Positions 1 to 13,302 of a DNA stretch of 64,000 nucleotides are shown here, one piece after another. Source of the DNA: Chrysomallon squamiferum (Eukaryota; Animalia; Mollusca); assembly GCA_012295275.1 (NCBI GenBank), contig CM022668.1, forward strand, positions 8,866,001 through 8,930,000, read 5' to 3'. The notes beneath the pieces are model-generated. The model saw only the letters and a list, made by a program, of their open reading frames with translations, ran no database searches and was not told the origin of the DNA. The position numbers were made by a program, and so were the translations under genes. The stretch's first letter is position 1. Every line of letters starts with the position of its first letter.

Positions 1-2731
1 GGATGGATGGATGGGAGCATTAATGAATGGAAGAAAAGAATGAATGTAACTCCATGCTGAAATAGTTGATAGATGAATAGAGATAAAATAATTATACATA
101 AATATCAATAATATAAATAAAACAGGTGAAAAAGTTTGAAAATAGAAGCATGGATCATGATCTACATGTCAATTCAATGGACAAAGATTCATCATCTATA
201 TGTGTATGAGTCTGATACATATTTGTCTTTATATATGTGTGTGTGTGTGTGTGTTTGTGTGTTTGATGATGTATGTGTGTGTGTGTGTGTGTGTGTTTTT
301 GAAGATGTATGTGTGTGTGTGTGTGTTTTAAGGTGTATGTGTATGTTGTGCATGTTGATGTTGATGTTAACATCTGTAAGTGCATGTGAACGTGTTTGAA
401 ACTGTTTGTGCATGCATGCATGTTCGATAGTAAATTAAATAATTTCATTCCTGTTACATTAAGACAACACTAACCTTGTACAATCAAGCAATTCCATGTA
501 CCACATTCAAAACACCTCCTGTAAGCAGACTTTCATCTCCACAGAGATGTAATAAATTTGACCACACAGAAACCACTTGCAGTTGTCAGTAACACATCTC
601 CAAACAACACATTCCTATAGACACTGGCAAACAGTTTGGATATGTTCAAATAACTCTTTCACAAACAAAATGGCAGAAATATGAGGCAGAAGTAATTTCT
701 GTTAGCTTCGTTGGAAACCAAATGAAAACATGGATGCACACCAAACATGTCATCTACACCTAGATGGAAACTGTTTCCATCAGATTCTGCAAACATTGAA
801 GCGACTTGTAAATCTGTCTAGATAATGATACAGGTTGGTGTAAATTCCCCCATGAAAGGTAGCAGCACCTGTTGCCTTTTGCAGATACTTGTCATTTTTT
901 TTTAAAATACAGTACAAATAAAATAAATTATACATGAACTGATCTACATGAACTGCAAATAAAACACCTTTAGAAAAAATAATAAAAAATAATAATAATA
1001 ATAAATAATAAATAAACTTGAATATCATTATGGAGAGATAGGATTCATCCAATAAAAATGCTACCACTGTTACAGTTAGCTTTCATAAATGTAATAATCA
1101 ATATTTTTCAAAACACTGAATTAGAAAAAAGTATTAAACGAAAAATGCTATGAAAAAAACAACAAAAAAAAAACATTCAGAGATATTAATTACTTATGGT
1201 TATTGATATGTTTGGTGTAAATTCATCCTTCAGAAGTGGCAGCACCTGTCAGATGTTAATGAAACTGCTAGTTTGATAAAAAAAAAAAATAATAATAAAT
1301 AGCCATTATTAATAATAAAATTAGCTAGAACATACTAGTACATACCACTTGAATATAAACAGTTTTTAAAGAAAGATAAAAAGATAGACCTCAAATGTAG
1401 TTATCAAAGGTTCTGTAAGTTAAAAATAAATTAACCACTATCTGTGATAAAATTACTTACTATGAAACCACTTCTGTGTATATTTTAGAGAAAGAAATAT
1501 GATAAAGAATTTTTTATGTATCTGTTTCTGACTTCAAATGGCAAACCCATCTAATAAAAAGGTTCTGATATAATCCCTTGATTGACTTGTTTTACTTCTG
1601 ACATGGCTTATTTCCCATTCAAGGCAGTGCTCACAATTCACTGCATCAGTTGAAAAAGCTATCTGTCACATACAATCTTGATGTAATGACTGAATCAAGG
1701 GTTCTGCAGTTTTAACTATACACAATTCAAATACATTACTACTGAAAACATAAAATATATCACTTTAAATACTTCATGTACAGAACTTTAAAGAGTGAGA
1801 AATATTTCTTTTGACCAGAAACTGTTATATAAAGGTGCACATGACCTGTCAATGCCTTGCTTCTGGACAAAAATATCATCTAAAACAACAACAGCAAAAT
1901 TGTTATAAGAAATACAACAATCACTAATCAATGATAGAAAATTAATCAGTGTTCTCTGGTACTGTTACATAAATATTTTACGTCAGCTGACAACAGAATA
2001 TTAGTCAGTGTCCATGAATGAATGTCCAGTAAGTTAATTTTTACACATTCAGTAAATCTGTGACAGAGAATTAATAATCACTGTTAACAAAAACAAACTT
2101 GACTTTTTTAATTTATCTCTGAAATTTTTTTTACAAAACAACGAAATTTCAAGCACTGCTTATAGCAATTTTAAATTTTTTTTTTTTTTTTTTTCCTTTT
2201 TCTCAATTTTTTAAAAAAATTTTTTTAATCCTCGGATTTGGAGTTTATCTCACAAAGTTGACAGACTTGTGTTACAGAAGAACACCACACTGTTTGATGT
2301 GCGCTTCTTGTTTGCTTTAACCTTCTCATCAAACACACAGTACAGGGTATCACTACATGTACATAGACAAAAACACAGACGCTAAATAAATCTAAAAATA
2401 TATAAATGACGTTGCTTGTTAACAAGAGTTTTATTCTGTAATGTAATCCATTTTCATGTGGTGTTTATTTTCATCTTGATAAAGTTTGGTTACTTCTTTC
2501 CAAGGCTGATTAATACATCTTAGAGGACTCTGTCATATAACCATACTTCTGGAAATTTTTTTTTTTCTTAATTTTTTTTAAATCTTCAAATATGCCTTTC
2601 TGTTACGTCTTTATAATCTTTACATGGTACGAAAAATTTATAAATTCTTTTCAGTTACAATTAAGAATCAATTTTCATTCTGATAATTCATATATGCTTA
2701 TATAGTTATTTAATGAAAATGTTTGTTTTTT

Positions 2732-2762
<31 letters not shown>

Positions 2763-3059
2763 ATGTAAATCAACAGTGTATTTCAATATTTTTATATAAC
2801 GTATTTTCATTGTATTCTGATACTCATTTTATCAGTTCATATAAGCATATACTTTTTTTAATATTTAGATATCTGAGGTTCTGTTACATAAATAGCATAA
2901 GCTTGTACTAAATGTATCTTGCAGACCACATAATAAAGATAAAGTTACATGTGTAATAACTAGATCTTTCATAGCACTCTTAACTTTCTTTTCTTGTTGA
3001 AAGATAAAACACATTACAACACCAGAATAGCAACAGTTATTCTGTGTATTGGGAGGATA

Positions 3060-3062
<3 letters not shown>

Positions 3063-3149
<87 letters not shown>
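3063..3149. repeat. (GA)n microsatellite
   Basis: Directly visible; one example of many SSRs in the window. Confidence 0.97.
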
Positions 3150-3151
<2 letters not shown>

Positions 3152-3245
3152 TATGCCTGTAATGAATGAGAAAAAGGCAAGAGAAGAATTACAAAAAACC
3201 CAATAAACTTAATTGTAAAAATGCAGCAGTTATATGGTTGTGTAG

Positions 3246-3284
<39 letters not shown>

Positions 3285-3937
3285 ATGTGTTTTAGCAAGT
3301 GTTTGTCCGTTTTCATATTCATATATGTACATGTGTATAAATGTATAAGTGTGGTTATATGTGTGTTACAAGTGTGTGTGTATGTGTATATATATTATAT
3401 ATATATTTATATATACACTTATAAATATCCATATATACATTTGCATATGTGTATTCATGTGTGTGTGTGTGTGTGTGTGAAAAAATGTGCAAATGTGTTT
3501 TTTGCATCATTTAACATATCTCTGACATGGGTGAAGAAAAAAAGAATGATCTATATAACCCTCTATGCGAGTATATTTATAAAAAATCAGTATCTCAGTA
3601 TGTGCATGTATTAATATATATATATATATATATATATGTAACTTTTCATAATCCATTCTTGTCTACATCTCATATTTCTCATTGTGAAGCAAACTGTATC
3701 ACATATCATAAATGAACTCCAAGTTAACAGTGAAAATAAATGCAAACATGTAGGCTGCATTTCAACATCTGTTCCATGTATCACCATAAAGCAAAGACCT
3801 TCGAGAGTGCATGTGTAGTTTGCCAGCGGAAATGTAAGAGTATTACAGTATGTATTCATTGAACTTATTGTCAAACATACGACAGCTCTTAAGCTATTGT
3901 TCTTGGGGGTGTATCTTTTCCTTTATTACTTTTCCTC

Positions 3938-3985
<48 letters not shown>

Positions 3986-4037
3986 TGCTTATTTATTTCT
4001 TTATCAAAACTTCAATATTTGGATACAACTATACAAC

Positions 4038-4124
<87 letters not shown>

Positions 4125-4175
4125 GGTTGTACCATTAATATTATTATTATTATTATTATTATTATATGGTTGTAC

Positions 4176-4222
<47 letters not shown>

Positions 4223-5650
4223 GAGAATAATTACTATTGTTATTATGATCATCATCATCAATATTTTTTCTCATTTATTTATTGAATCTGATATGAAGTG
4301 GTCATTAGTAATTACTTATGGATATTACTAATTATGTTAAGTATTAATCATTTAAAGCTGCTATAGCCAGCTATGCAAATATAATGCTGCTTTCCTTTAC
4401 AAATAGTTATTTTATAAATACTGCAGTTAACCTAGATCCACAAGTTCACCATTATAACTATGAAAATCACAACAATGCATTTAATATTAGCAACAATTTA
4501 ATGAATGAATATTCATTTAATGAAATATCAACATGTTATTATAGGAAAAGCATGAAAAGAAGACATCAAAATCTCATCAGTATATTTAATATTAGCAACA
4601 ACTGAAATGAATATTATTTAATGTTTTAATAAGAAAATTATGAAAGGATTTTTTTTTTTTTTTTTTATTTTAGAGGCATATTTTTAAATATGTAAGTGGT
4701 GTATGTGTTTCTAGGTTTAGGCATTGTCTTGAGTCATTATTATTGTATATCACCTGACTAACTCTTCTTTGTTCAGTTCCAACCACAGCTAATAACAGGT
4801 TTACGGCCCAGTGGCCATATTATGTTTATGTGCACACTTACACAATTTATGTATTAAAAAAATACTTTATATACATACATTGTATATAGTATAATATAGA
4901 TTATATACGTATATACATATTCATGTGTCAATCAATGCCCATTTAAATGTTTCCGAATGCACATCATTCACTCGATATATAATCACATTAAAGTACTTTC
5001 ACTGCATAGTGTTATGCATATATAGTACAATCACTGAATCACTGAAGTACTTTATTTAATTCACTCATGGAGTTTTGTATTTCGATCTCATGATAATTGA
5101 TATAAGCATATTTACGGCATTACATTTAATATTTCCATATTTAAAATATTTTTGCTACACCAAAGAAACTTAAAAATAAATAATTACTTACAGGTTGTCC
5201 TTATTTCGGTTTGTGTATTACTAACCATAATCCATTTTTGCAACGAACACAAAGTTGTGTAAAACTCCTCACATTTTTTTTTTTTTTTTTAGGTGAAGAC
5301 ACAATTTGTTTCCTGTAAATATATTATCAACAAGTTGTTGTGTGTCGATGACTAATCGGCAAATTCCGCTTTTGTCTCGTAGACAGTCGACAGCGGCGGC
5401 TAAAGATATTTCTACAAATTATATTATTAAAAGTTAAATTATTTTTAGATAATTTACACAAACTGATAAATCTATAATGCTGTTGCTATCATTTCTAATC
5501 CAATATGTGACAATATGAACGCTAGCCGTTATAAATATTTTTGTCGATTGCCCACGGTGAAAACCTACTTGTTGCCTTGTTGTCCCGAGTTAAATAATTT
5601 CATATTAAATTTCCGACGTATTCGCATAATAAAGTAATGCTAAAACGATC

Positions 5651-5934
5651 AAATATGTTTTGATTTGGAATTCTCAAGATAAATATATTAAATAGATTGA
5701 TGCTTATAAATAAATGTACATATATTTCGAAACATTCTAACAATGTCTTGCTGTTTTTTAAATTTCTGTACAAAACTCAGATAAAATCAAATATGTTTTG
5801 GAAAATTATTTTTGATTTGGAATTCTCAAGTTAAATTTATTAAATAGAGAGATGCTCATAAATAAATGTACATGTATTTCGAAATATTTTAACAATGTTT
5901 TGTTGTTTTTAAAATTTCTGTACAAAACTCAGAT
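5651..5934. repeat. Two-copy direct repeat (~140-150 bp)
   Basis: GATTTGGAATTCTCAAG..ATAAATGTACA..TTTCTGTACAAAACTCAGATA occurs twice with moderate divergence. Confidence 0.85.
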
Positions 5935-7039
5935 ACCTTTCAATTTAAAATTTAATTTAAAAAGTAAATAAATAAATAAATAAATAAATAATAAAACATT
6001 CATTATATTACCTTGTTCAAAATGTAGTAAGAAATGCAGTTCGAAATTTATCTTCCAAGAACCAGCAATCACTTAATAATAATTTCAGGAAAGATAAATA
6101 ACCACAGAGTATCATTCACAATTAAAGATAAAAAGCAAAAGTTTTGTTGGATATATATTTTTACCACTTAGCTATCCTTACCTAAACTTTAGGATAAAGA
6201 GGTGCCACGCCATCTAAAATGTTTCACGAAATTTTCCAGTCATGCATAACTGCATCGCAACTCAATGATAATACTAATTTCAGGAGCCTCTGAATTTAAT
6301 CGGACTGAATTTTAATACGAACTCAATTTCTAAAGGTCATAGAGTGACCACGAGAGTGAATAAAGAACAAACAAAATAAATTCGACGTCATAATGGATAA
6401 TGCAATGAGGTCAGAACAAGATTTATACATAATATTTATGTGCTGTGCTATTTTTCCATCAAACCATGTATGACGGTTCATTTCCGAGTAGTCCTGTATT
6501 TTTATTAGCCCCCACCCCCCTTGTATTTAATGTATAATCGAAGGTACAGGTTAGTACAGCCAAATACTAAATAAATAAATAAATGATGTTATATTAGGAA
6601 TCTGCAAGGTTAAATAGAAAATAATTAATGATTTTATTTATTGTTTGTTTTTGTCTGCTTGCTCGCTCGCTTGTTTTGGTAAGGTAAATTACATTAATTT
6701 CCTTCTGTTTTAACATCATTATAAAAAATAGTTTGCAGATCACAAAACCGGTTCCGTACAAATACTACAACGTTTATAGCGGTACTTTATATGGGGAAAC
6801 GGGAAATATACAGTTACGTTCCCATTGAGATTGGAATGGGGGAATAAGCATGAGACCAGCGACAACAGATTTAGCTCATATTAAATGACATCAAGATTAT
6901 CCATACCAATACATTTTTATTCATTAACTGCGACAGTGATCTAAAATGACGTTATACTTCCATTAGTTATAAATACTAATTTATCCTGCTTGACTCAATT
7001 CCGAGAACTGTGTGCCAGTGTCATTGTCAATATCAGGAA

Positions 7040-7158
7040 GATGGATGCGTTTAATGCTTCGACTCTTTATTTATTTATAAGTCTCCCAGTTTAGCTATTA
7101 GGCCAGAACTGAATTTCAATAGGAATGGCTGGTGAAGCAGAAAGACTGTAAAATATAC
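7040..7158 (+). other. Putative non-coding first exon of MGAT5
   Basis: Donor-like AC|GTATGT at 7158/7159 upstream of the acceptor TTACAG|G (7486/7487) that precedes the ATG at 7504. Lies at the end of a relatively CpG-retaining region. Start position is uncertain. Confidence 0.35.
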
Positions 7159-7503
7159 GTATGTTTATCTATTATTTATTTTCTTCCAATAGTAATTGGA
7201 TTTTTAAATGATGTTATTGTGTTTTCGGTAGTTTCCTTTTCTCGTGGTTTTCCAAAAATGTGTGGGTGCTGCATCTTTTTCATAAATATATATATACATA
7301 TATATATATACTTTTAATTTATTTATGTTTTGTTTTTGTTTTCGTTCCTGTTACTGAACTAATGCTGTTGTATTTGCTGCTTCTCATTCTCACAATCAGT
7401 GATCAGTTGATATTTATATAATTCATATGGGCTGTTGTTTGCAACATCATTCTCACATTTTAAATACGGATAAATATATTTTACAGGTATCTTCCAGCAG
7501 GAA

Positions 7504-7737
7504 ATGATCAAGAAAATGGTTCCTCTACCATGGAATATGTTTGCCAAGGCTTCGCTGTACAGAAAGATCATGGTGATAGCGTTTTTGTTTGGTTTATTAT
7601 GGTGTATGATGTTGGCGAAGATGTCATTTAGTTTAAATATGCAACAACCAACAGAAAGTGATTTAATAAAGGTATTTCTTTACTTGTTCTAAAATTATTT
7701 AAATATTGATTATAAACCCATAATGTTACTCTCTGTC

Positions 7738-7781
<44 letters not shown>

Positions 7782-9079
7782 TGTGTGTTTGTGTGTGTGT
7801 TTCTAAATGAAAGAATAAACATAACTGCATCAGTGGTCAACATTTTAATTCAAAAGGAAGATGGGTAACAGTAACACTGAACCTGACAATAAAAACAAGC
7901 ATTATTAAAGCAATACTTGACTAATCTAAACTTTGTACACACAGAGTAGAAAAGAATATATTTAATAGCATATCTCATGAACAAAAAAACACAAAAAAAT
8001 GTTTCGTGCAACCAGTTGTACAAATGACTGCAAGTATTGTTTTATCAGATCCTGTCTAAACAACATAAAAATAGAGACCTAGTATTATTTGATTTAGCCA
8101 GGTATACTACATGTTCATTTATCAATATATTTATTTCACTTGTTATTTATCATCATTGTTATTATTATTTGTCCCAGGGTGAAATAGTGAGACTAAGTGA
8201 ACATTATATTCGGACTCTGGCTAGAGAAAATGGAAACATGGTGGATGGGCCATATGCTGGTAGATTTACTGCCTACGGTACGTTGAATACTTAGAGTTAT
8301 TAAGTTCTTTATTTCATTTTAGATAATAAAATCACTAGTTTATTACAAATACTTCTCTTTTTTTTTTTTTATTGCAGAGTAAATTAACACTTTATAAAAA
8401 CACACACACACACACACACACTGGTACACACATTTTCATACATTTCTTTAGCTTTATATATTTTTTGTAGTCAACCAACATTAATTTTTGAAAGTGTCTG
8501 AAAAGTAAGTAAGTAAATAAATGAAAACAATTGCTCTCTCAAATTGAGGCTCATTTTTTTGGTATTGGTCTGACTTTCCATCTATCTGTCAATCACCAGA
8601 CCTCAAGAAAACAATGGCTGTTCTTCTGGAAAATGTACTGGAAAGAATCAGTCGACTGGAAAAGATTGTGGATTTTTATATGAACTCAACAGTATTGACC
8701 CCATCTCCCATTGTTCTTGTTGTTGAAAACAAAACAGAGAGACCAGTTCTAATGGCTAAAGGTATATAAAAATTATGATAAAATAGAAGTGATGAAAAAA
8801 ATGTTGAAGTTTGATGGATTTTAAACATTATTTTGTTTTTATTTTTGGGGTTTATGTATTTATCCTTTGTAATGTTTCTATTATTCAGTGAAATTATAGC
8901 CATATGGTTCACCATTATATTAAACTGCCTTTGTAATATTGAATGTGTGAGTGCATGTGTTGTGTGGTGTGTGTGTGACTATAGAAACATATGAAAGAAA
9001 GATTATAATGTATTATATAGTCTACTTCTTTGTAGAAATCTGTACATTTTAATATTAATGGACACAGATTTTTGTGTCA

Positions 9080-9117
<38 letters not shown>

Positions 9118-11609
9118 TTTTTATTCTTTCTCTATTTAGATATGGTTTAGTTTTATTGATTCTTGATTTGCTAACTTCATGCTTAAACACTAAAATATTT
9201 CTATGCAGATTATGAACTAGAACTTTCTTGATATTTCCTTTAGTAGTGCTTTATTTGCTTTTATACTAATATACTGAATAGTAGTTTTCTGTAGATTTGC
9301 TCCAAGGTGTTGAAGAAAAATGTGACCTTTCTGAAGAAGACAGAAAATTGTATCCACACTGCTTGAGCAAGATGGCAGTAAGTGTGGTTTAATGCTTTCT
9401 TGTCTTTCTGTTTTGTTTTTACCTTTTATCTGCTATAGTCATTATTCATAAGTGATTTTGGTGAGTTTTTATTATTATTTATTTATTTATTCTTTTTCTA
9501 TCCTGTTCAGTGGATGAAATCAATGTGGAAGTCTGATCCTTGTTATGCATCCTACGGAGTGGATGGCACTGACTGTTCATTTGTCATGTATCTCAGTGAG
9601 GTGGAAGGTTTCTGTCCAAAGAAAGCCTGGAGTGGCTCAAACAAACTTGAACTCAAAGAAGGACCCATCCTGATTGTAAGTCCTTGTACAAGATGTTTGT
9701 AAATACAAATATATTCTTCCTTGTACAAAATATAAACTCAAACACAGACATACACATTATTAGTGATGTTTATGCACATCTCCTCTTCACTTCCATGGGT
9801 TTATTACAGTAGGTGTTAATAAATAAAACATATTCATGTCTGGCACATTGCTTTAAATCACATTTTCCAGCTAAGCAAAAAAGAATGTATACTCCACCCA
9901 ATCACCATAACATCAGTGATTACTATCATTTGGAGGTAGACCTGTTGCAACTTAGACAACTTGTGTGTCCGATTTATAAATGGAGACCAAAGGGTTACAA
10001 TGTATTTTATGACAAATAAAATATTTTATAAAGAAGAATAAAGTTTTAAAAGGAAAACTGGCTGTGTATTTTTCAGGCAAACATCCAGACTAATCTGGAA
10101 GGTCTGATGTCTCTGCTCAAAGATCCAAACGAACGTCAAGGTTACGCCTGGATCAGAATGCGGATCACACGGATGTGGGACAGGTGGACGGCAGCTGTTG
10201 CCAGGCTACAGAAAAAACAAGACCTGACAAAGAGGAAGACTAAAAAAGTAACAAAAATTCTAGATATTTACAAGAAACTAACGTTTTTTTGTTTTTAATT
10301 TCCATAAATTTCCTTTTCTTTTCTACATTCTGTACATTATTAAATGTAATTATAAATTTGTATGTGTTACTGTTTCTTTCTTTTTTTAACTTTTTCTCAC
10401 CTTTTGTTAACTTTCTAAAATTAATTTTTAATCCTGTATTATTGAAGTACTTTATTTCAAAAATTACATATTTTACTTTATTTTCATATTTTGTTCCTAG
10501 ATCTTGGTCCATCTTGGTCTGTTGTCAAAACAGTCTGGCTGGAAATTTGCAGAACTTCAGTTTAAAGGTACATTTATTTAGTTTTTAACCTGGAAACCAT
10601 TGTTGACTAAATTCAGTAAGAACATCTCACTGCATTCTATGTTTTAAATATTAATATTCAAATAGGAATCTCAGAATTCATCTATCAAAGGCTGTAGCAT
10701 GTGCTATTCTGTGAGGTATGTAATGAAAGTATCATTATATAAACCTTATGATTAATAGCCTTTAACATCAGCATATGTAAGTCTATAATTAATTTTTTAG
10801 TCATTACCCATTCATATGAATATATATCACAATTTTTTTTAATTTTTTAATTTTTTTAATGTTTTTATCAGGAGGCCCACTTGGGGAGTTAGTTCAATGG
10901 TCTGATTTGATAACAACTTTGTACATACTAGGCCATGAGTTGACCATCACCAGTGAAGTTGAACAACTTGTAGAGTAAGTGTCACATTTAGTTCATTAAT
11001 TGGTTGAACAGGTCTCACACACATAGTAATTTTCACCTATGAGTTTGTTTACGCATAAATAACAGCAATGACAGTCCTCTTTCAGAGACTAATAACCTAT
11101 TTGTCTTTTTTTTTCTCAGTATTTTGGCCAAACTGCCAGCAAAGTCACCATGTCAGAGTCGAAAAGAACTTCCCGTGCACATCATCTACACTGACATCAT
11201 GGGACTGATTCAGTTCAAGAGGAAGGTCAAAGGAGGCTTTGGAAAATTTAGGTAAGTGTTTATCAGTACACCTCTTTTTGGAATGAGTAGTAATCTGTCA
11301 ATATCTCTGTATTTTATGATTGTGTTCCTTAAATGTCCAGTGTCTAGGCTTTCTAACTATAAATGGAGCACATATCATCATGTGTGAAAAATCAGAATGC
11401 TCTGAAAATAAAAAAAACCTTTGTATACATCACGCATGTGCAGGTGTGTGTGCGTGCATATAATTATTGAAATAATATAGTATTGAAATATTTTTCTACT
11501 GTAGAGTTTTCCGTCTATTATTAATATTTTCTATTTACTTATACATTTTTTTATTTATCATTTTACTTCAGTTTGTTTTATTATTATTATTTATTTTTTA
11601 TTATTATTT

Positions 11610-11640
<31 letters not shown>

Positions 11641-12559
11641 ATCTGCTACTATTACTACAACTATTACTACTAGGAGAGTTGGTAAATTTAAATAATTAAA
11701 TTTTTATTATTAACTGGGGTTTTTTAATCATTATTATTATTTATTATTTCCATTTTTCCTTTCCTCTCTTCTTCTTCTTCTTTTTTTAACTATGCTATAC
11801 TGCAAACATTATTAGAAGCTGTTTTTTTTTTTTTTTTTTTTTTTCTGTCTGTTCAGAGTGGTGGACTCATTTGGCACAGAACCTGCTTACAATCATCGAG
11901 CATTTGCAAAACAGTCAAAAATACTGACATCATGGGGAGGGCAAGACCTGCAGTTAAAACAGTTCTTCACGATGTTCCGTAAGTTGAGAGTTTTATGTCA
12001 TGGCAACTTCAGAATAATTATAAGAGAAATATTTAGTATTCAAACAGCCATTAAGAGTAATAATTTTAAATCATAACTGGTTAGTAAGTTGCAAGAGGAA
12101 TAAATTTATTAGTTTTAAGCATTCTATACTTTAAGGTTTTTTAAAATTATTATGTATTTTTTTATTTATTTTTTATAATCTAATTTAATTTATTAATATT
12201 TTATTTTTTATTTTTGTTTTTGTTTTGTTTATTTTATTTGTTTAGAATTTTGCATCAATTTAAATTGTGACATCTTATAAATTTTAACAAACATTTTTAA
12301 TTCTCGTTTCCTTTTTTAACTTACAAATAGTATTTTATGCCTAAATATCCATTTATGTGTTTTCTAATGTTCTATCCAAATATATCTTCTTTTTATTTCA
12401 TATATATATATATGTATATATACATTATTTAAGATAATTTTGGAGAGGTAATATTTCTTTCCTTTTTCACTCATTTTCTTTGTCTCTTTATTTTTTTAAA
12501 TTCAATTTTTATATTTATGTTTTGGTTTAGTTCTGTTTTTTTTTTTTTTAATTTGATTG

Positions 12560-12609
<50 letters not shown>

Positions 12610-13265
12610 CATTTTAAAATTTATATTTTGTAATCAAAACTAAATATATGTTTTTTATTTTTATTTTTTTTATTTACTTATTTTTTATTTTTTTTTTTTT
12701 TTTTTTTCTCATTTAAAAATTTACATATTTATATTTTGTAATCAGCTCATAGCCCTGACAACTCCTTCATGGGTTTTGTTGTGGAGCAGCATGTCAACAC
12801 AACAGAGAGGATGATAAGAAAGAATCAGGCTGTTGTCTATGGCAAAAATCTTTACATGTGGAAAGTATGTGCTGTTTATTTACACAGTGTTTTTCAGATC
12901 AAGAATAAATTGAATAGTCAATTATAGATGAAATTTAAATTTTTTGGAAAATAACATGTTGGTAGGAGATTATTAAAGCAAGACCGTTTATCCAATATTT
13001 TTAATAATTAATGCATGAAAACTGTGAGATCACAGATTGAAAGATAAGCTATTGGCACTATAATCTCTCAGATTTAGGGAAGAGTATGCTGTCTATATTA
13101 TGAATGCAAAGGTGTATAAAACACAAAACAAAGGAAGAAAAGAATCAAACATTTTTTTTCTCTGCTACATATTTCTATATGCTGGATCTTATATACTCTT
13201 GTGACTTTCAGTATATCACTTACACATATTACTATGAGACTGACAGACTACTTTTTATAGCAATA

Positions 13266-13302
<37 letters not shown>

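Noticed and set aside
136-4605. ORFs rich in CV/HT/RE/I/N repeats
   Set aside because: Translations of (TG)n, (GA)n and (ATT)n microsatellites with no splice-consistent coding signal. The same applies to similar ORFs at 28.3-30.4, 43-47.5, 51-52 and 57-62 kb.
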